The notes: a model not told the origin generated them from the letters alone. A DNA stretch of 32,000 nt from Haloarcula rubra (GCF_019599465.1 NZ_RKLR01000016.1:2005-34004), one strand, 5' to 3'. Numbered from the stretch's first letter, positions 6,609-15,212 are shown. Program-made: numbers and translations.

Positions 6609-8446
6609 CCAGTCGCGCCCGCTCGCTCGCGCTGTCCGCTCTCGTCATCTGGTCGGCCGTTCTTGTGGGCATTGGGCCGAGTCTCATCGGCCCCGCCGAA
6701 GCGCAGACCGACGCGCAGACCCACACATTCGACGGGAGCCAGCAGGGCGCGGACAAACCCCGCGTCGTCGCCGTCGACGTGAGCAACATGACCGGCACCG
6801 TCACCGTCGAGTGGTCCACCGGCGACACCGGCAGTCCGTCGACGTACGTGCTGGAGCGCCGGACCGTCACCGCGCCGTTCTCCGCCAACGAGTTGGCGAT
6901 CTCGAATCAAGGCGCGTACAGCACCGTGAACGTCACCGTCACCGGCGGGAGCGGGAACGCCTCCTTCAACGGCTATGAGAACCGCCTCACTATGCCGAAC
7001 GACGTGAAGACCTTCGGTGGGACTGGCGGGGACCGTAACCGTATCTGCAACCTCCACGAGAAGATTTCCCAGGGCGTTGACCCCGGGTTCACTATGCTGG
7101 ACTGTGTGGCTCAGCCCGGCACGACGGCCGTGAACACTACCGGGACGGATGCCGCACAGGTCGAGACAGACATCTACCAGTCCGCCCAGAACAGCGAAGC
7201 GGCCTTCGACAACTACAACACTACCCTGCGGAACTACCTGCAGGACACCGAGACGCAGGCCCTCATCATCGCAAAGAATCAGTACATCCGAGAACTGAAC
7301 AACGGGAGTAGTAAGTCCGCCGCCGAAACCGCCGCCATCAACGCCGCAGAGGACTATTACGCGGTAAAACAGGCGAACCTGCTGAACGAGTGGACTCGGC
7401 AGGTCGAACACCACGAGTATCTGAACCAGACAGCCATGAACGAGTCTGGTGTCTCGAAGGATTTCGTGTGGGACACCCGAGACCGGACCTATGACTCTGG
7501 TTCCGGTATCTACATCCATGCCGACCGCATTCAGGACAAGACTCGAACGGTGACGCTCGTTAACGGGTCTACTCAGGATGTTCGGACCCTCGGGTTCACT
7601 ATCGACGGCGAAGATTCGTCGTATAATGACGGTGGGACCGAAGACGTGTGGGTCGGACCGTCCGACGGCCGGACGATGATTACCGGCAATAGCGGCTCTC
7701 AGACCGTCAACGTCACCGCCATGATTGTGAAGGACCCCGACAACTCCAGCCAGCGGATGGAGCATATCACCTTCGAGGATTACAAACGGTCATACGACGC
7801 CCTAACCGCGCAAGAGGCGTCCGTAGAAGGCGAAATCGGGACTCTCGTGAACAACACGTACGACGCCTACCAGCAGGGCAAAATCAACACCACAGACCTG
7901 ATTGACCCCTATGTCCTCGCAAGCGAGCGGTCCCCCGACTCCGAGTTTCAGGGGTGGGCGGCCAGTCAACTCACCCTGCTCGGCCAGAACAGCCCGAGCA
8001 ACTTCGACACGACCGGGGCCTTCGAGGTGACGACTGGTAACGAGACCTACGAGGGTATCGTTTTTAGCCCCCAGAACCCTGCAAGCGGCCAGTTCGAGGC
8101 TAACACGACCTACGACGCCGCAAACATCTCGGGGACGCAGTACCTCGTGACCGCGAACCGGACCCGTGAGCTAACCGGCACCTTCACGCTCGGGAACATC
8201 ACCGCAAAAGACGGTGAGAGAGTCCAGAACGTCACAATAGAGAAAACCACCTACCAGACCAGCAACGTCACCGAACTCAAGCAACTGTACGAAGACCTCG
8301 CCTACGAACGGGCGAAGATTGAAGCCCGCGAGCAGGCCCTGCGTGCCGCCGCTGGCGGTGGTGGGTTACTCGGCGGGAGCATGAACGCGACGGCCGCGCT
8401 CGTCGTCGTCGCGCTCGTGCTCGCGCTCGGTATCATCAACAACTAA
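6605..8446 (+). CDS. secreted, membrane-anchored glycoprotein; pleolipovirus VP4-like spike candidate
   Basis: There is an N-terminal signal peptide (LALSALVIWSAVLVGIG...AEAQ) and 21 N-x-S/T sequons counted by eye. A coiled-coil segment (LKQLYEDLAYERAKIEAREQALRAA) precedes the C-terminal TM anchor (ALVVVALVLALGII). Confidence 0.65.
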   Translation: MTSRARSLALSALVIWSAVLVGIGPSLIGPAEAQTDAQTHTFDGSQQGADKPRVVAVDVSNMTGTVTVEWSTGDTGSPSTYVLERRTVTAPFSANELAISNQGAYSTVNVTVTGGSGNASFNGYENRLTMPNDVKTFGGTGGDRNRICNLHEKISQGVDPGFTMLDCVAQPGTTAVNTTGTDAAQVETDIYQSAQNSEAAFDNYNTTLRNYLQDTETQALIIAKNQYIRELNNGSSKSAAETAAINAAEDYYAVKQANLLNEWTRQVEHHEYLNQTAMNESGVSKDFVWDTRDRTYDSGSGIYIHADRIQDKTRTVTLVNGSTQDVRTLGFTIDGEDSSYNDGGTEDVWVGPSDGRTMITGNSGSQTVNVTAMIVKDPDNSSQRMEHITFEDYKRSYDALTAQEASVEGEIGTLVNNTYDAYQQGKINTTDLIDPYVLASERSPDSEFQGWAASQLTLLGQNSPSNFDTTGAFEVTTGNETYEGIVFSPQNPASGQFEANTTYDAANISGTQYLVTANRTRELTGTFTLGNITAKDGERVQNVTIEKTTYQTSNVTELKQLYEDLAYERAKIEAREQALRAAAGGGGLLGGSMNATAALVVVALVLALGIINN

Positions 8447-8453
8447 CCGACCC

Positions 8454-9023
8454 ATGAGATTCCCATTTTTCGCCGCGCTGCTGGTCGTGAGCCTCGTGCT
8501 CGCCGGTAGCGCCCCAGCCGTCGCACAGGCAGGCAACAGCCCACAGCCCACCGCACCGCTCACGAACACCACCGACACACCCGGCAGTTCGGACGCGACG
8601 AAAACCGAACGCATCGACGGCCAGACCGTCATCGTCGATTCGGAGTATCGAGCGAACAAATCGGTGGCGCTCATCACGCTCCGCTCCTCGGCCGGGCAGG
8701 CGGTCACCCTCTCGGACGCCGGCCGCTTCCAGCAGGGCGGGAAGGTCCCCGTCCGCACGGTCGCCATCGCCGCCGGTGAGACCACCACGGTCGAACTCCC
8801 GGTGACCGAGCAAGACGGCTACGTCGGCGTCGCTATCTCCACCGAAAACACGCCACTCTACGCCGAAATCATCCAGCAGCCGAGCGGCGGCGGTCTCGAC
8901 ATCCTGCGTGCGCTCGGGTCGCTGCAGGCCTGGATCGCTGGCCTCACCGTCGCGTTCGTCTGGATGGTCGTCGCCGGCTGGAACGTCCTTCGCGGTGAGG
9001 ACAGCCGCCCGGAGGTGGCCTAA
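8454..9023 (+). CDS. signal-peptide protein with a C-terminal TM anchor (189 aa)
   Basis: The signal peptide is MRFPFFAALLVVSLVLAGSAPAVAQA and the C-terminal TM segment is WIAGLTVAFVWMVVAGW. Confidence 0.6.
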   Translation: MRFPFFAALLVVSLVLAGSAPAVAQAGNSPQPTAPLTNTTDTPGSSDATKTERIDGQTVIVDSEYRANKSVALITLRSSAGQAVTLSDAGRFQQGGKVPVRTVAIAAGETTTVELPVTEQDGYVGVAISTENTPLYAEIIQQPSGGGLDILRALGSLQAWIAGLTVAFVWMVVAGWNVLRGEDSRPEVA

Positions 9024-9024
9024 C

Positions 9025-9819
9025 GTGCCCGCGCCCACGTTCCAGAACAATCGCGACCGCCTCACGTACCTGCTCGCCGAGTACAAATTCCTCGTCGGTG
9101 GGATGTTCGTCGGTGCGATCGGCCTCGTCGCCTACTACCAGCCGCAGGCCCCGACGCTCCCGACATGGATACCGGCCGTGCTGGTCGGCTGGCTCGTCTT
9201 CGCGATTCCGTGCTATCTGGTCGGAGCGAAGATTGCCCGCTGGCTTCGCCAACGGAACTGGGTCGAAGTCCACCACGTCAACGCCGTTGACGACACCGTG
9301 GAGAAGTACTACGTCCCGCCCGCAGTGTGGCAGGAGAAGGAAATCCCCGATGACGCTCCAGACCCGTACCCGATCAATGGCGGCCGCGCCTGGGCCGTCC
9401 GCGAGTACGAGTATCTCGAAGACGTTGACCAGCTCCGCGTGAAAGGCGTCTGGCTCGAAGGCTGTCAGGACACGGAACTGATGACCAGTAAGAAGCAGAT
9501 GCAGGACATCCACGGCTGGCTCATCGACCGCGCCGAAGAACTCGCCGCTATCCGTGGACGCTGGTCCCGGGGTGCTGTGGAACTCCAGCAGAAGCCCGTC
9601 ACGGCCGACGCCGAAGCCAACGAACGCGGTCAGATGATTCAGAAGACGGCGGCGAAGGACACCTTCGGCGACCTCATCGAGGACGGTGAGGAGTTCGAGA
9701 ACGCACCGAGTATCCACGACCTCGACGACCGCCCCGACCCCACCGCTTCCGCTGCTGTGGGCGATGGGCCGGCCGCTCCGACCGACACCACGCAAGACCC
9801 ACAGGTGAACGATGACTGA
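9025..9819 (+). CDS. membrane protein with 2 N-terminal TM helices and an acidic C-terminal tail
   Basis: The GTG at 9025 follows GGAGGTGG (9011-9018) and the stop of the previous gene. The track start at 8908 would overlap the upstream gene by more than 100 nt. Confidence 0.55.
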   Translation: MPAPTFQNNRDRLTYLLAEYKFLVGGMFVGAIGLVAYYQPQAPTLPTWIPAVLVGWLVFAIPCYLVGAKIARWLRQRNWVEVHHVNAVDDTVEKYYVPPAVWQEKEIPDDAPDPYPINGGRAWAVREYEYLEDVDQLRVKGVWLEGCQDTELMTSKKQMQDIHGWLIDRAEELAAIRGRWSRGAVELQQKPVTADAEANERGQMIQKTAAKDTFGDLIEDGEEFENAPSIHDLDDRPDPTASAAVGDGPAAPTDTTQDPQVNDD

Positions 9820-10987
9820 CGACGCCAGCGACCTCTACACCCCCGCACAGTTCCGCGAGTACCAGGACGGCCACGGCCAGCGCGACGCTGACGAGGTGCA
9901 TCCCCACGCCGGCATCGTTCGCGACGAGAAACTGTCGCGCTACCTCTCCATTCTGGAAACGCACTACGACCCGACCCAGTGCGACCGCCCCGACAAGATG
10001 CCCGGCAAGGCCAAAGATCTCCAGCACGTCCGCGATATCGTCCGTATCGAGGGGACCGAGACCGCCCGGCAGGCCATGGCGAACGGGGATATGCAGTCGT
10101 TGAAGCACTTCACCGGCGACGCCGGCCAGCGGGCCGATATCTCCGGCATCAAGGCTATCGACCAGCTCCGCGCGCAGATGACAGGCCCCGCGCCGATGTT
10201 CTACGAATGGGCCGAACCCGGTACCGGGAAGTCGAACTTCGCCTGCCTGCTGGGCCAACTTTGGAAGGAGCAGAAGCCCGCCGACGCGCTGGTTGCCTCC
10301 AACATCCGGACGCTCGAGGAGACCGATGAGTGGACCGATACGGACGGCGACCGTCGCGATGGGTGGCTGGCCAACTATGGCGAACTCAACGAGTGGCTCA
10401 AACAGGACGGCGACCCGATGCACAACGAACAGCGCCCGAAGCTCTTCATCTTCGACGAGGCCTCTTCGAACGCCGGCGGGAGTGGGAAGGACGGCTACGA
10501 CACGAAGACGAAGCTCGGTCCGCTCACCTACAAGATTCGGAAGTACGGCGGCTCGCTCATCATCATCGGCCACGACGGCCGCGACGTGCATCCGCTGGTC
10601 CGTGAACTCGGCGTCTGTGTCCACAAGGAGGGGCTAAAAGAGGCCACGTTCTACGAGGACGTGCGGAACCGGAAGGGCGTCAATCCGATTTTCTCCGTGT
10701 CGGGCATCCCCGAGACGGACTGGCGCTACGACGACAAGGAACCGACGACGTGGTCCTGGTCGAGCAGCGGCGACGACGCCGACGAGGTGGACCCCGCCGA
10801 CCTCTCCCGGAAGCTCGCTATCTATACGGTCATCACCGCGAGGGAGGCCGACCCGGACAAACCAAACCACGAAATCGCCGATTTCGTCCCGTACAGTGCC
10901 GAATGGGTCCGCCAGCGCTGGAACGAGTACGAACACGACGGCGACCATCGGAACGTCGTTGGTGAGGTGACGGAGCTAACTGCATGA
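9812..10987 (+). CDS. P-loop NTPase, pleolipovirus VP8-like position
   Basis: Walker A is AEPGTGKSNF and Walker B is KLFIFDEAS. The start overlaps the upstream stop. Confidence 0.7.
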   Translation: MTDDASDLYTPAQFREYQDGHGQRDADEVHPHAGIVRDEKLSRYLSILETHYDPTQCDRPDKMPGKAKDLQHVRDIVRIEGTETARQAMANGDMQSLKHFTGDAGQRADISGIKAIDQLRAQMTGPAPMFYEWAEPGTGKSNFACLLGQLWKEQKPADALVASNIRTLEETDEWTDTDGDRRDGWLANYGELNEWLKQDGDPMHNEQRPKLFIFDEASSNAGGSGKDGYDTKTKLGPLTYKIRKYGGSLIIIGHDGRDVHPLVRELGVCVHKEGLKEATFYEDVRNRKGVNPIFSVSGIPETDWRYDDKEPTTWSWSSSGDDADEVDPADLSRKLAIYTVITAREADPDKPNHEIADFVPYSAEWVRQRWNEYEHDGDHRNVVGEVTELTA

Positions 10988-11147
10988 CTGCGGTAGGACT
11001 CGGCCAACCCAACAACAACCAACCCCCTGGCGTACCCCTCTTGTTGGCCCATAGCCGGCGCTCGCTGTCGCTCGCTTCGAGAGCCATGGGCAACGGCCGA
11101 CACCCATCCGGAGGAGTATCTATATATGACGCACGCGAGGTGCGCGG

Positions 11148-11534
11148 ATGAATCGAAGCCACCGAGCGAATCACTACGGCACGCTCGTCGAGCGACAGGC
11201 CGCCGAGCGGTACGGCCTCGATCTCGACCGCACCAGCTGGCATGACGCCCGCCGGCCCGACGGAACGCCGGTCGAAATCAAGTCCGCGATGCACCGACAC
11301 AGCGATGGGCAGCCCGGCACCTTCAAACTCTACGACCAGTACCACGAGCGGCTACGGGAAGCGAACGGGTGGTACGTCTTCGGCGTGTATCGGGTTCGTG
11401 GGAAGGGTGTAGAGGTGCTGGAGTGGGAGATGCGCCACTCGTCAAGGTTGCCGTATCTAGAGTGGCATGGCGGAGGAAATCACCGTAACGCGAAACAAGC
11501 GAAAATCGGTATTAGCAAATTGTTTGATTTTTAG
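11148..11534 (+). CDS. PD-(D/E)xK (Hjc / restriction-endonuclease-fold) nuclease-like protein
   Basis: The pattern is G..VERQAAERYGL......SWHDA...DGTPVEIKS, that is an N-terminal E, then D, then E-x-K. A TATA-like TATATAT lies about 25 nt upstream of the ATG, which suggests a leaderless transcript. Confidence 0.5.
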   Translation: MNRSHRANHYGTLVERQAAERYGLDLDRTSWHDARRPDGTPVEIKSAMHRHSDGQPGTFKLYDQYHERLREANGWYVFGVYRVRGKGVEVLEWEMRHSSRLPYLEWHGGGNHRNAKQAKIGISKLFDF

Positions 11535-11547
11535 AGCGTCTTGGCTA

Positions 11548-12114
11548 TTATTCACTCACTGGATTCTTTTCAATCACTTCCTGCAAAACAAATAGATGAG
11601 AGTTACACATTACTTCAATATTTGTATCTGAATACTTATCTCTAAACTCACTTAGCGTCTCGTCATCTAGCTCTTCGGTAACATCGTCCGGTAGCGGGGT
11701 ACTGAGCCTGTGAAGGGTTCCCTCAACTCGACCGGGCTCAGGCAACTCCTCGGGATCTCTTATTCTTTTGAGTTCCGGGAATCCAGGATTGGGATACTCA
11801 TAGTTGTCCGTCTCAGCTTCAATCAATCCTCGGTGAGTAGTGTGATTTCGCAACTCGTGAAGCACCTGTGACACGGTCAAATCTTTTAACAGATTCTGTG
11901 AGGACTGGTAATATTCTTCAAATTCCTCCATTCCAGAATACTGTTTCTGCATCGCTAGCGTAACTGCTCGGCTTGCAGCCAGAAACGCGTCAAAATAGTA
12001 TAGGAATTCGTCGCCCTCTGAATCAACCATTTGATCCAAAAAGAACTGTGCTTCTTCTAGTTTGAGAGATGCTTGATCCTCTGTCACAAAATATTCTAAA
12101 CTAACCACTTGCAT
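11548..12114 (-). CDS. hypothetical protein with a HEPN-like R-N-x3-H motif (188 aa)
   Basis: A clean ORF in an AT-rich islet, convergent with the virus-like genes. The sequence looks helical. The motif ELRNHTTHRG fits the HEPN Rx4-6H signature with Asn after Arg. Confidence 0.45.
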   Translation of the reverse strand: MQVVSLEYFVTEDQASLKLEEAQFFLDQMVDSEGDEFLYYFDAFLAASRAVTLAMQKQYSGMEEFEEYYQSSQNLLKDLTVSQVLHELRNHTTHRGLIEAETDNYEYPNPGFPELKRIRDPEELPEPGRVEGTLHRLSTPLPDDVTEELDDETLSEFRDKYSDTNIEVMCNSHLFVLQEVIEKNPVSE

Positions 12115-12310
12115 AATTTCTTGGATATATTGTGGTATGATATCTGATTAGGCCCCAGAACGCTAAAACGAGTTATTGCCAAAGAGGTACCAAAAACAGC
12201 AATAGCGCGCTCCCTTCCAGGGGTCTGTTTAGCGTCAACAATGGCACCGCTGTGCAGTGTATTTTGACAATGTGGCCTTAGCCACACTCGTTAATAGCCA
12301 TCAGTGACTG

Positions 12311-12349
12311 CCCTGATTTTGTGCGCCTCTTGCGGGTGAGAGGCTCATG
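12311..12349 (+). promoter_or_regulatory. intergenic box copy 1 (GATTTTGTG + CCTC..GAGG hairpin + ATG)
   Basis: The sequence is CCCTGATTTTGTGCGCCTCTTGCGGGTGAGAGGCTCATG. It shares its core with the copies at 13186 and 13902. Confidence 0.4.
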
Positions 12350-12487
12350 AGTACTGACCAGCAGCAGGCCATCGACGAACAGGACCAAGACCAGCAAGCT
12401 GACGACGTCGATTCCATCGAAGCCGAGCATCGACGTGCCCAAGAATCCGGTGAGGTGTTCGACGGGGAACCGGGAGAGGAACTCTGA
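12347..12487 (+). CDS. small acidic protein (46 aa)
   Basis: The protein reads MSTDQQQAIDEQDQDQQADDVDSIEAEHRRAQESGEVFDGEPGEEL. The repeated box precedes it and the next gene starts 3 nt after its stop. It is below the ORF-track cutoff. Confidence 0.35.
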   Translation: MSTDQQQAIDEQDQDQQADDVDSIEAEHRRAQESGEVFDGEPGEEL

Positions 12488-12489
12488 TT

Positions 12490-13188
12490 ATGGCTGACAG
12501 TACGGAGTCGCCTCAGCATATCGAAACGAGAGCTGACAGCCTGGTCGGTACACCTCTGGAACGGGCGCAGATTCGAATCACGGAGACTGGGTTCCTTGCC
12601 GCCTTCAGCGATGACTGGTGTTCGTGGCAGGGCCTGTTCCCAACTCGAGAGCTAGCGGCACAGGCGGTCACAACCCACACCGAACGCGCTCGTCGGTCGC
12701 CCGACTACGCGTACCACTACGGGGCCCAGTCCCCATTCGTCGTCGAACTTCTCGACGACAAGACTGCCCAGCTCTGTCCCTGTCAGGAACTTGAGTCACT
12801 CAAACCCTGGCAGGCAGATCGCGATGGGCAACAACTCCTCCGCGCCAAGTCTGGCCGCCCACCTCTTGACGAGGTGCTTCACCGTGGGCACCTCATCGAA
12901 TGCCATGGACCGGACGACGGGATGGTTTTGTCGGTCTCGTCGACGCGCTGTTTCGGTTTGCCAGCGTTCAGTGTCATCTTCGCCGATCCCGACACGGAGT
13001 CCAATCAAGACGGAACCTATCCTGACTCGTCGTATCGGTACCTGAACAACTACGTCGCTCGCGAAGGTGAAGCTCTCTGCGTCTCGATGCATGACCGACT
13101 CGCGTTCAGAGGACAGACGGACGCGCAGACCGACCTCGGCCGTGGTCTTAACCAACATCGTTCGAGGGAACCATCATTTGTTGGTTAA
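12490..13188 (+). CDS. hypothetical protein (232 aa)
   Basis: The longest sensible frame. The antisense ORFs here are GC shadows. No motif recognised. Confidence 0.55.
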   Translation: MADSTESPQHIETRADSLVGTPLERAQIRITETGFLAAFSDDWCSWQGLFPTRELAAQAVTTHTERARRSPDYAYHYGAQSPFVVELLDDKTAQLCPCQELESLKPWQADRDGQQLLRAKSGRPPLDEVLHRGHLIECHGPDDGMVLSVSSTRCFGLPAFSVIFADPDTESNQDGTYPDSSYRYLNNYVAREGEALCVSMHDRLAFRGQTDAQTDLGRGLNQHRSREPSFVG

Positions 13189-13232
13189 CCACAGATTCCG
13201 ATTTTGTGCTCCTCCAATGGGCCGAGAGGATG
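13186..13232 (+). promoter_or_regulatory. intergenic box copy 2
   Basis: The sequence TAACCACAGATTCCGATTTTGTGCTCCTCCAATGGGCCGAGAGGATG spans the upstream stop codon through to the downstream ATG. Confidence 0.45.
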
Positions 13233-13904
13233 TCAGAAAACACCTCGTCCCGGACCGATGTCGCGTGTACAGACCAGCGTGGTGGCTTCGAATTCATAGA
13301 GACAGTTGAGGACCACGAAATCGAGGTCGACTACTCGTGGCGGTATGTCGACCGTATCCAGCTTGCGGAGGGACAGACGAAGCGAATTGACGACCCAGAC
13401 GGGTACTTCGGCGGAGATGAGGAGTACAGTTGTACCTGTGGCGCAGAGTTCGATTCTGAGGCCGACGCTAAGGACCATCTCCACGCGATGGCTGCTCGCG
13501 GCCCGCCAGTCGAGACAGCATCTCGACCACGCCCGATCGAGTGGCAGGACCAGACCGAAACAATCTGCGGCGGACAGGTCGAAGTTGTTCTCTCGGCTGG
13601 GCGTTCGGTCGGACGTGTTCTGGACGGCGCAGAGTATCTGGTTGCGACGTCTCGGGCGACATACACGCCGCCAGCGAACTATACGTTCGATGACTGGGGT
13701 CCGCTCGAATCCGGACGGCTCATGCTTCCGAATGGTCGCCCACAGTACTCCCCGACGCTGCTCAGCCGAGTACTCGAAACTTTGTCTCCGAGCTACAGCT
13801 ACCATCCCGAGCGGTTCACGATATTCTATCGCGGCGCCGACGCGCTCTACGTCGAAGGTCTCAAACAGGGCATCATGATCGCTGAACGCTCAACCACCGA
13901 CTAA
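13230..13904 (+). CDS. hypothetical protein with a C2H2-like zinc-finger segment (224 aa)
   Basis: The start is set at the ATG that closes the conserved box. The segment YSCTCGAEFDSEADAKDHLH resembles a C2H2 finger. Confidence 0.55.
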   Translation: MSENTSSRTDVACTDQRGGFEFIETVEDHEIEVDYSWRYVDRIQLAEGQTKRIDDPDGYFGGDEEYSCTCGAEFDSEADAKDHLHAMAARGPPVETASRPRPIEWQDQTETICGGQVEVVLSAGRSVGRVLDGAEYLVATSRATYTPPANYTFDDWGPLESGRLMLPNGRPQYSPTLLSRVLETLSPSYSYHPERFTIFYRGADALYVEGLKQGIMIAERSTTD

Positions 13905-13947
13905 CCACAGATCCCGATTTTGTGTACCTCTGGTGGGTGAGAGGATG
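13902..13947 (+). promoter_or_regulatory. intergenic box copy 3
   Basis: The sequence is TAACCACAGATCCCGATTTTGTGTACCTCTGGTGGGTGAGAGGATG. Its first 23 nt match copy 2 at 22 of 23 positions. Confidence 0.45.
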
Positions 13948-14253
13948 TTGCAGAACCAGTCACGCTATCGTCGATTCGGTGGAGTACGTCCTGACCAAGA
14001 GCGCGAGAGTGTCGCATCGCTCACGGCCGCTGTTCGCGACCAGTACTCGTCCGATGCCGACATCGAAGCGCTCGTCCTCAGTGCCCTCGCACAGCAATCG
14101 GACGGTCTCGACACCCCTGACATCTTGGAACTTCGAACACAGTTGGACGTCGCCGTCGACGAGCAGGCCCCACTCCGACAGCAGGTCCGGACCGTGCTTG
14201 CGGCCATTGCCAGTACCATGACGCGGTGGGAGCAAACGGGGAGAAGAGCATGA
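13945..14253 (+). CDS. hypothetical protein (102 aa)
   Basis: The start is at the ATG closing box copy 3. The stop overlaps the next start (ATGA at 14250). Confidence 0.5.
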   Translation: MLQNQSRYRRFGGVRPDQERESVASLTAAVRDQYSSDADIEALVLSALAQQSDGLDTPDILELRTQLDVAVDEQAPLRQQVRTVLAAIASTMTRWEQTGRRA

Positions 14254-14555
14254 AACGAGGTGGACCCGCGACACTGGGTGATTTCGGCGCCGGCGGCCGC
14301 CAGTCGGACACGCTCATCGACCGGGAGGCAGCCGCGACGGCCGCCGCAACCGGCCAGTGGGCGTACCACGTCCATACGAGCACCACTATCGCGTGGGAGA
14401 TTCCGGGGACTGCGGCGACACTGCTCCTCAAGAGGGACGACGAGGTGTGGCGACTGCAACGCGCCGGCCGCCCTCTGGGCACGCGGTCGACACTGGACGC
14501 CGGCATCGCATTCGCCGAGCAGTACATGCGCCAGCGGCCAGCGGGTGGACGATGA
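14250..14555 (+). CDS. hypothetical protein (101 aa)
   Basis: ATGA overlaps occur at both ends (14250 and 14552), which suggests translational coupling. Confidence 0.45.
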   Translation: MKRGGPATLGDFGAGGRQSDTLIDREAAATAAATGQWAYHVHTSTTIAWEIPGTAATLLLKRDDEVWRLQRAGRPLGTRSTLDAGIAFAEQYMRQRPAGGR

Positions 14556-14815
14556 GCGAGCAGTGTGACGACGCGGTCCTTGCGGACCTCCCTCCCGAGC
14601 GGCTGCTGGCTAGCGATCAGCTTGGACCGATCAAGGCCGGCATCCAGTGTATGGATTCGATCGAGATGATCCAAGAGTACCTAGCCTATGAGACGAAGCA
14701 TCAGAATCGCACGCCAGTACAACACCAGCTTCGCCTCCGCGCTCGCGAACTCCGTCGGGCAGACTGTGGCAGTACTGGCGGCGGTTACGATTCGAAGACG
14801 AGACGAACCCTGTAA
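14552..14815 (+). CDS. hypothetical protein (87 aa), paralogous to the remnant at 15662-15781
   Basis: The protein reads MSEQCDD...EYLAYETKHQNRTPVQHQLRLRARELRR. The C-terminal 30 aa recur in the remnant as KHQNQTPVQHQLRLRAHERRR. Confidence 0.5.
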   Translation: MSEQCDDAVLADLPPERLLASDQLGPIKAGIQCMDSIEMIQEYLAYETKHQNRTPVQHQLRLRARELRRADCGSTGGGYDSKTRRTL

Positions 14816-14862
14816 ATCGCCTTGGGGTCACGTGGTTGGAGGCCGACGGCGTCCCGTCATCA

Positions 14863-14883
14863 CGAGAGAGCCTTCCTCTCTCG
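14863..14883. terminator. 8-bp stem hairpin (CGAGAGAG-CCTTC-CTCTCTCG) between convergent genes
   Basis: Read directly from the sequence. It lies between the stop at 14815 (+) and the stop at 14935 (-). Confidence 0.35.
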
Positions 14884-14934
14884 AACGACCACGAGGCACT
14901 CGGCCTGCTCCGCCTGTAGATATTGGGATGGCGG

Positions 14935-15192
14935 CTACTCGGTCGAGTCAGAGACCTCGTCTGGTGTCGTGATCGAGTAGAGACGTTTACGCGCGTCGGC
15001 GAAATATATCTCCTCTTCGACGACGTTTTTCTCCAACAGTACTTTCAACGCAGATCTGACGGTTCTGGGAGAGAGCAAGGTCTCCTCGGCAAGCTGACTC
15101 TGTGTTAGCTCGTTTTCGTATTCCAACGTTTTATATACGAGCTTGGCGCTGGGGGGCACGTCAGCGAGTTGTTTGCGCCAATCCTTGCTCAC
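14935..15192 (-). CDS. winged-helix DNA-binding protein (85 aa)
   Basis: The segment LVYKTLEYENELTQSQLAEETLLSPRTVRSALKVLLEKNVVEEE is a classic MarR/ArsR-like wHTH. The start is GTG. Confidence 0.7.
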   Translation of the reverse strand: MSKDWRKQLADVPPSAKLVYKTLEYENELTQSQLAEETLLSPRTVRSALKVLLEKNVVEEEIYFADARKRLYSITTPDEVSDSTE

Positions 15193-15212
15193 AAGTACAT
15201 ATTGAACGTTAT

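Larger units (their letters stand above)
5931..15192 (+). mobile_element. pleolipovirus-like provirus or virus-derived plasmid segment (borders undefined)
   Basis: The conserved pleolipovirus core order is present at 5931-10987. There is an abrupt GC rise at about 5880. Small co-directional genes with overlapping stop/start codons follow, and a wHTH regulator sits at the right side. No integrase, Rep or att repeats were found. Confidence 0.5.

Noticed and set aside
6548-7765. 405-aa ORF antisense to the spike-like gene
   Set aside because: It is Arg/Gly/Val/His-rich and looks like a typical GC-rich shadow frame. The + strand gene has a signal peptide, sequons and a membrane anchor.
8944-10624. 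Long antisense ORFs (8944-9795 and 9674-10624, minus strand)
   Set aside because: These are shadow frames opposite the membrane-protein and NTPase genes. They contain no motifs and have an Arg/Gly/Val-biased composition.
12301-12519. 72-aa minus-strand ORF
   Set aside because: It is Ser/Cys/Trp-rich and antisense to the small acidic ORF and to the conserved box-ATG arrangement on the + strand.
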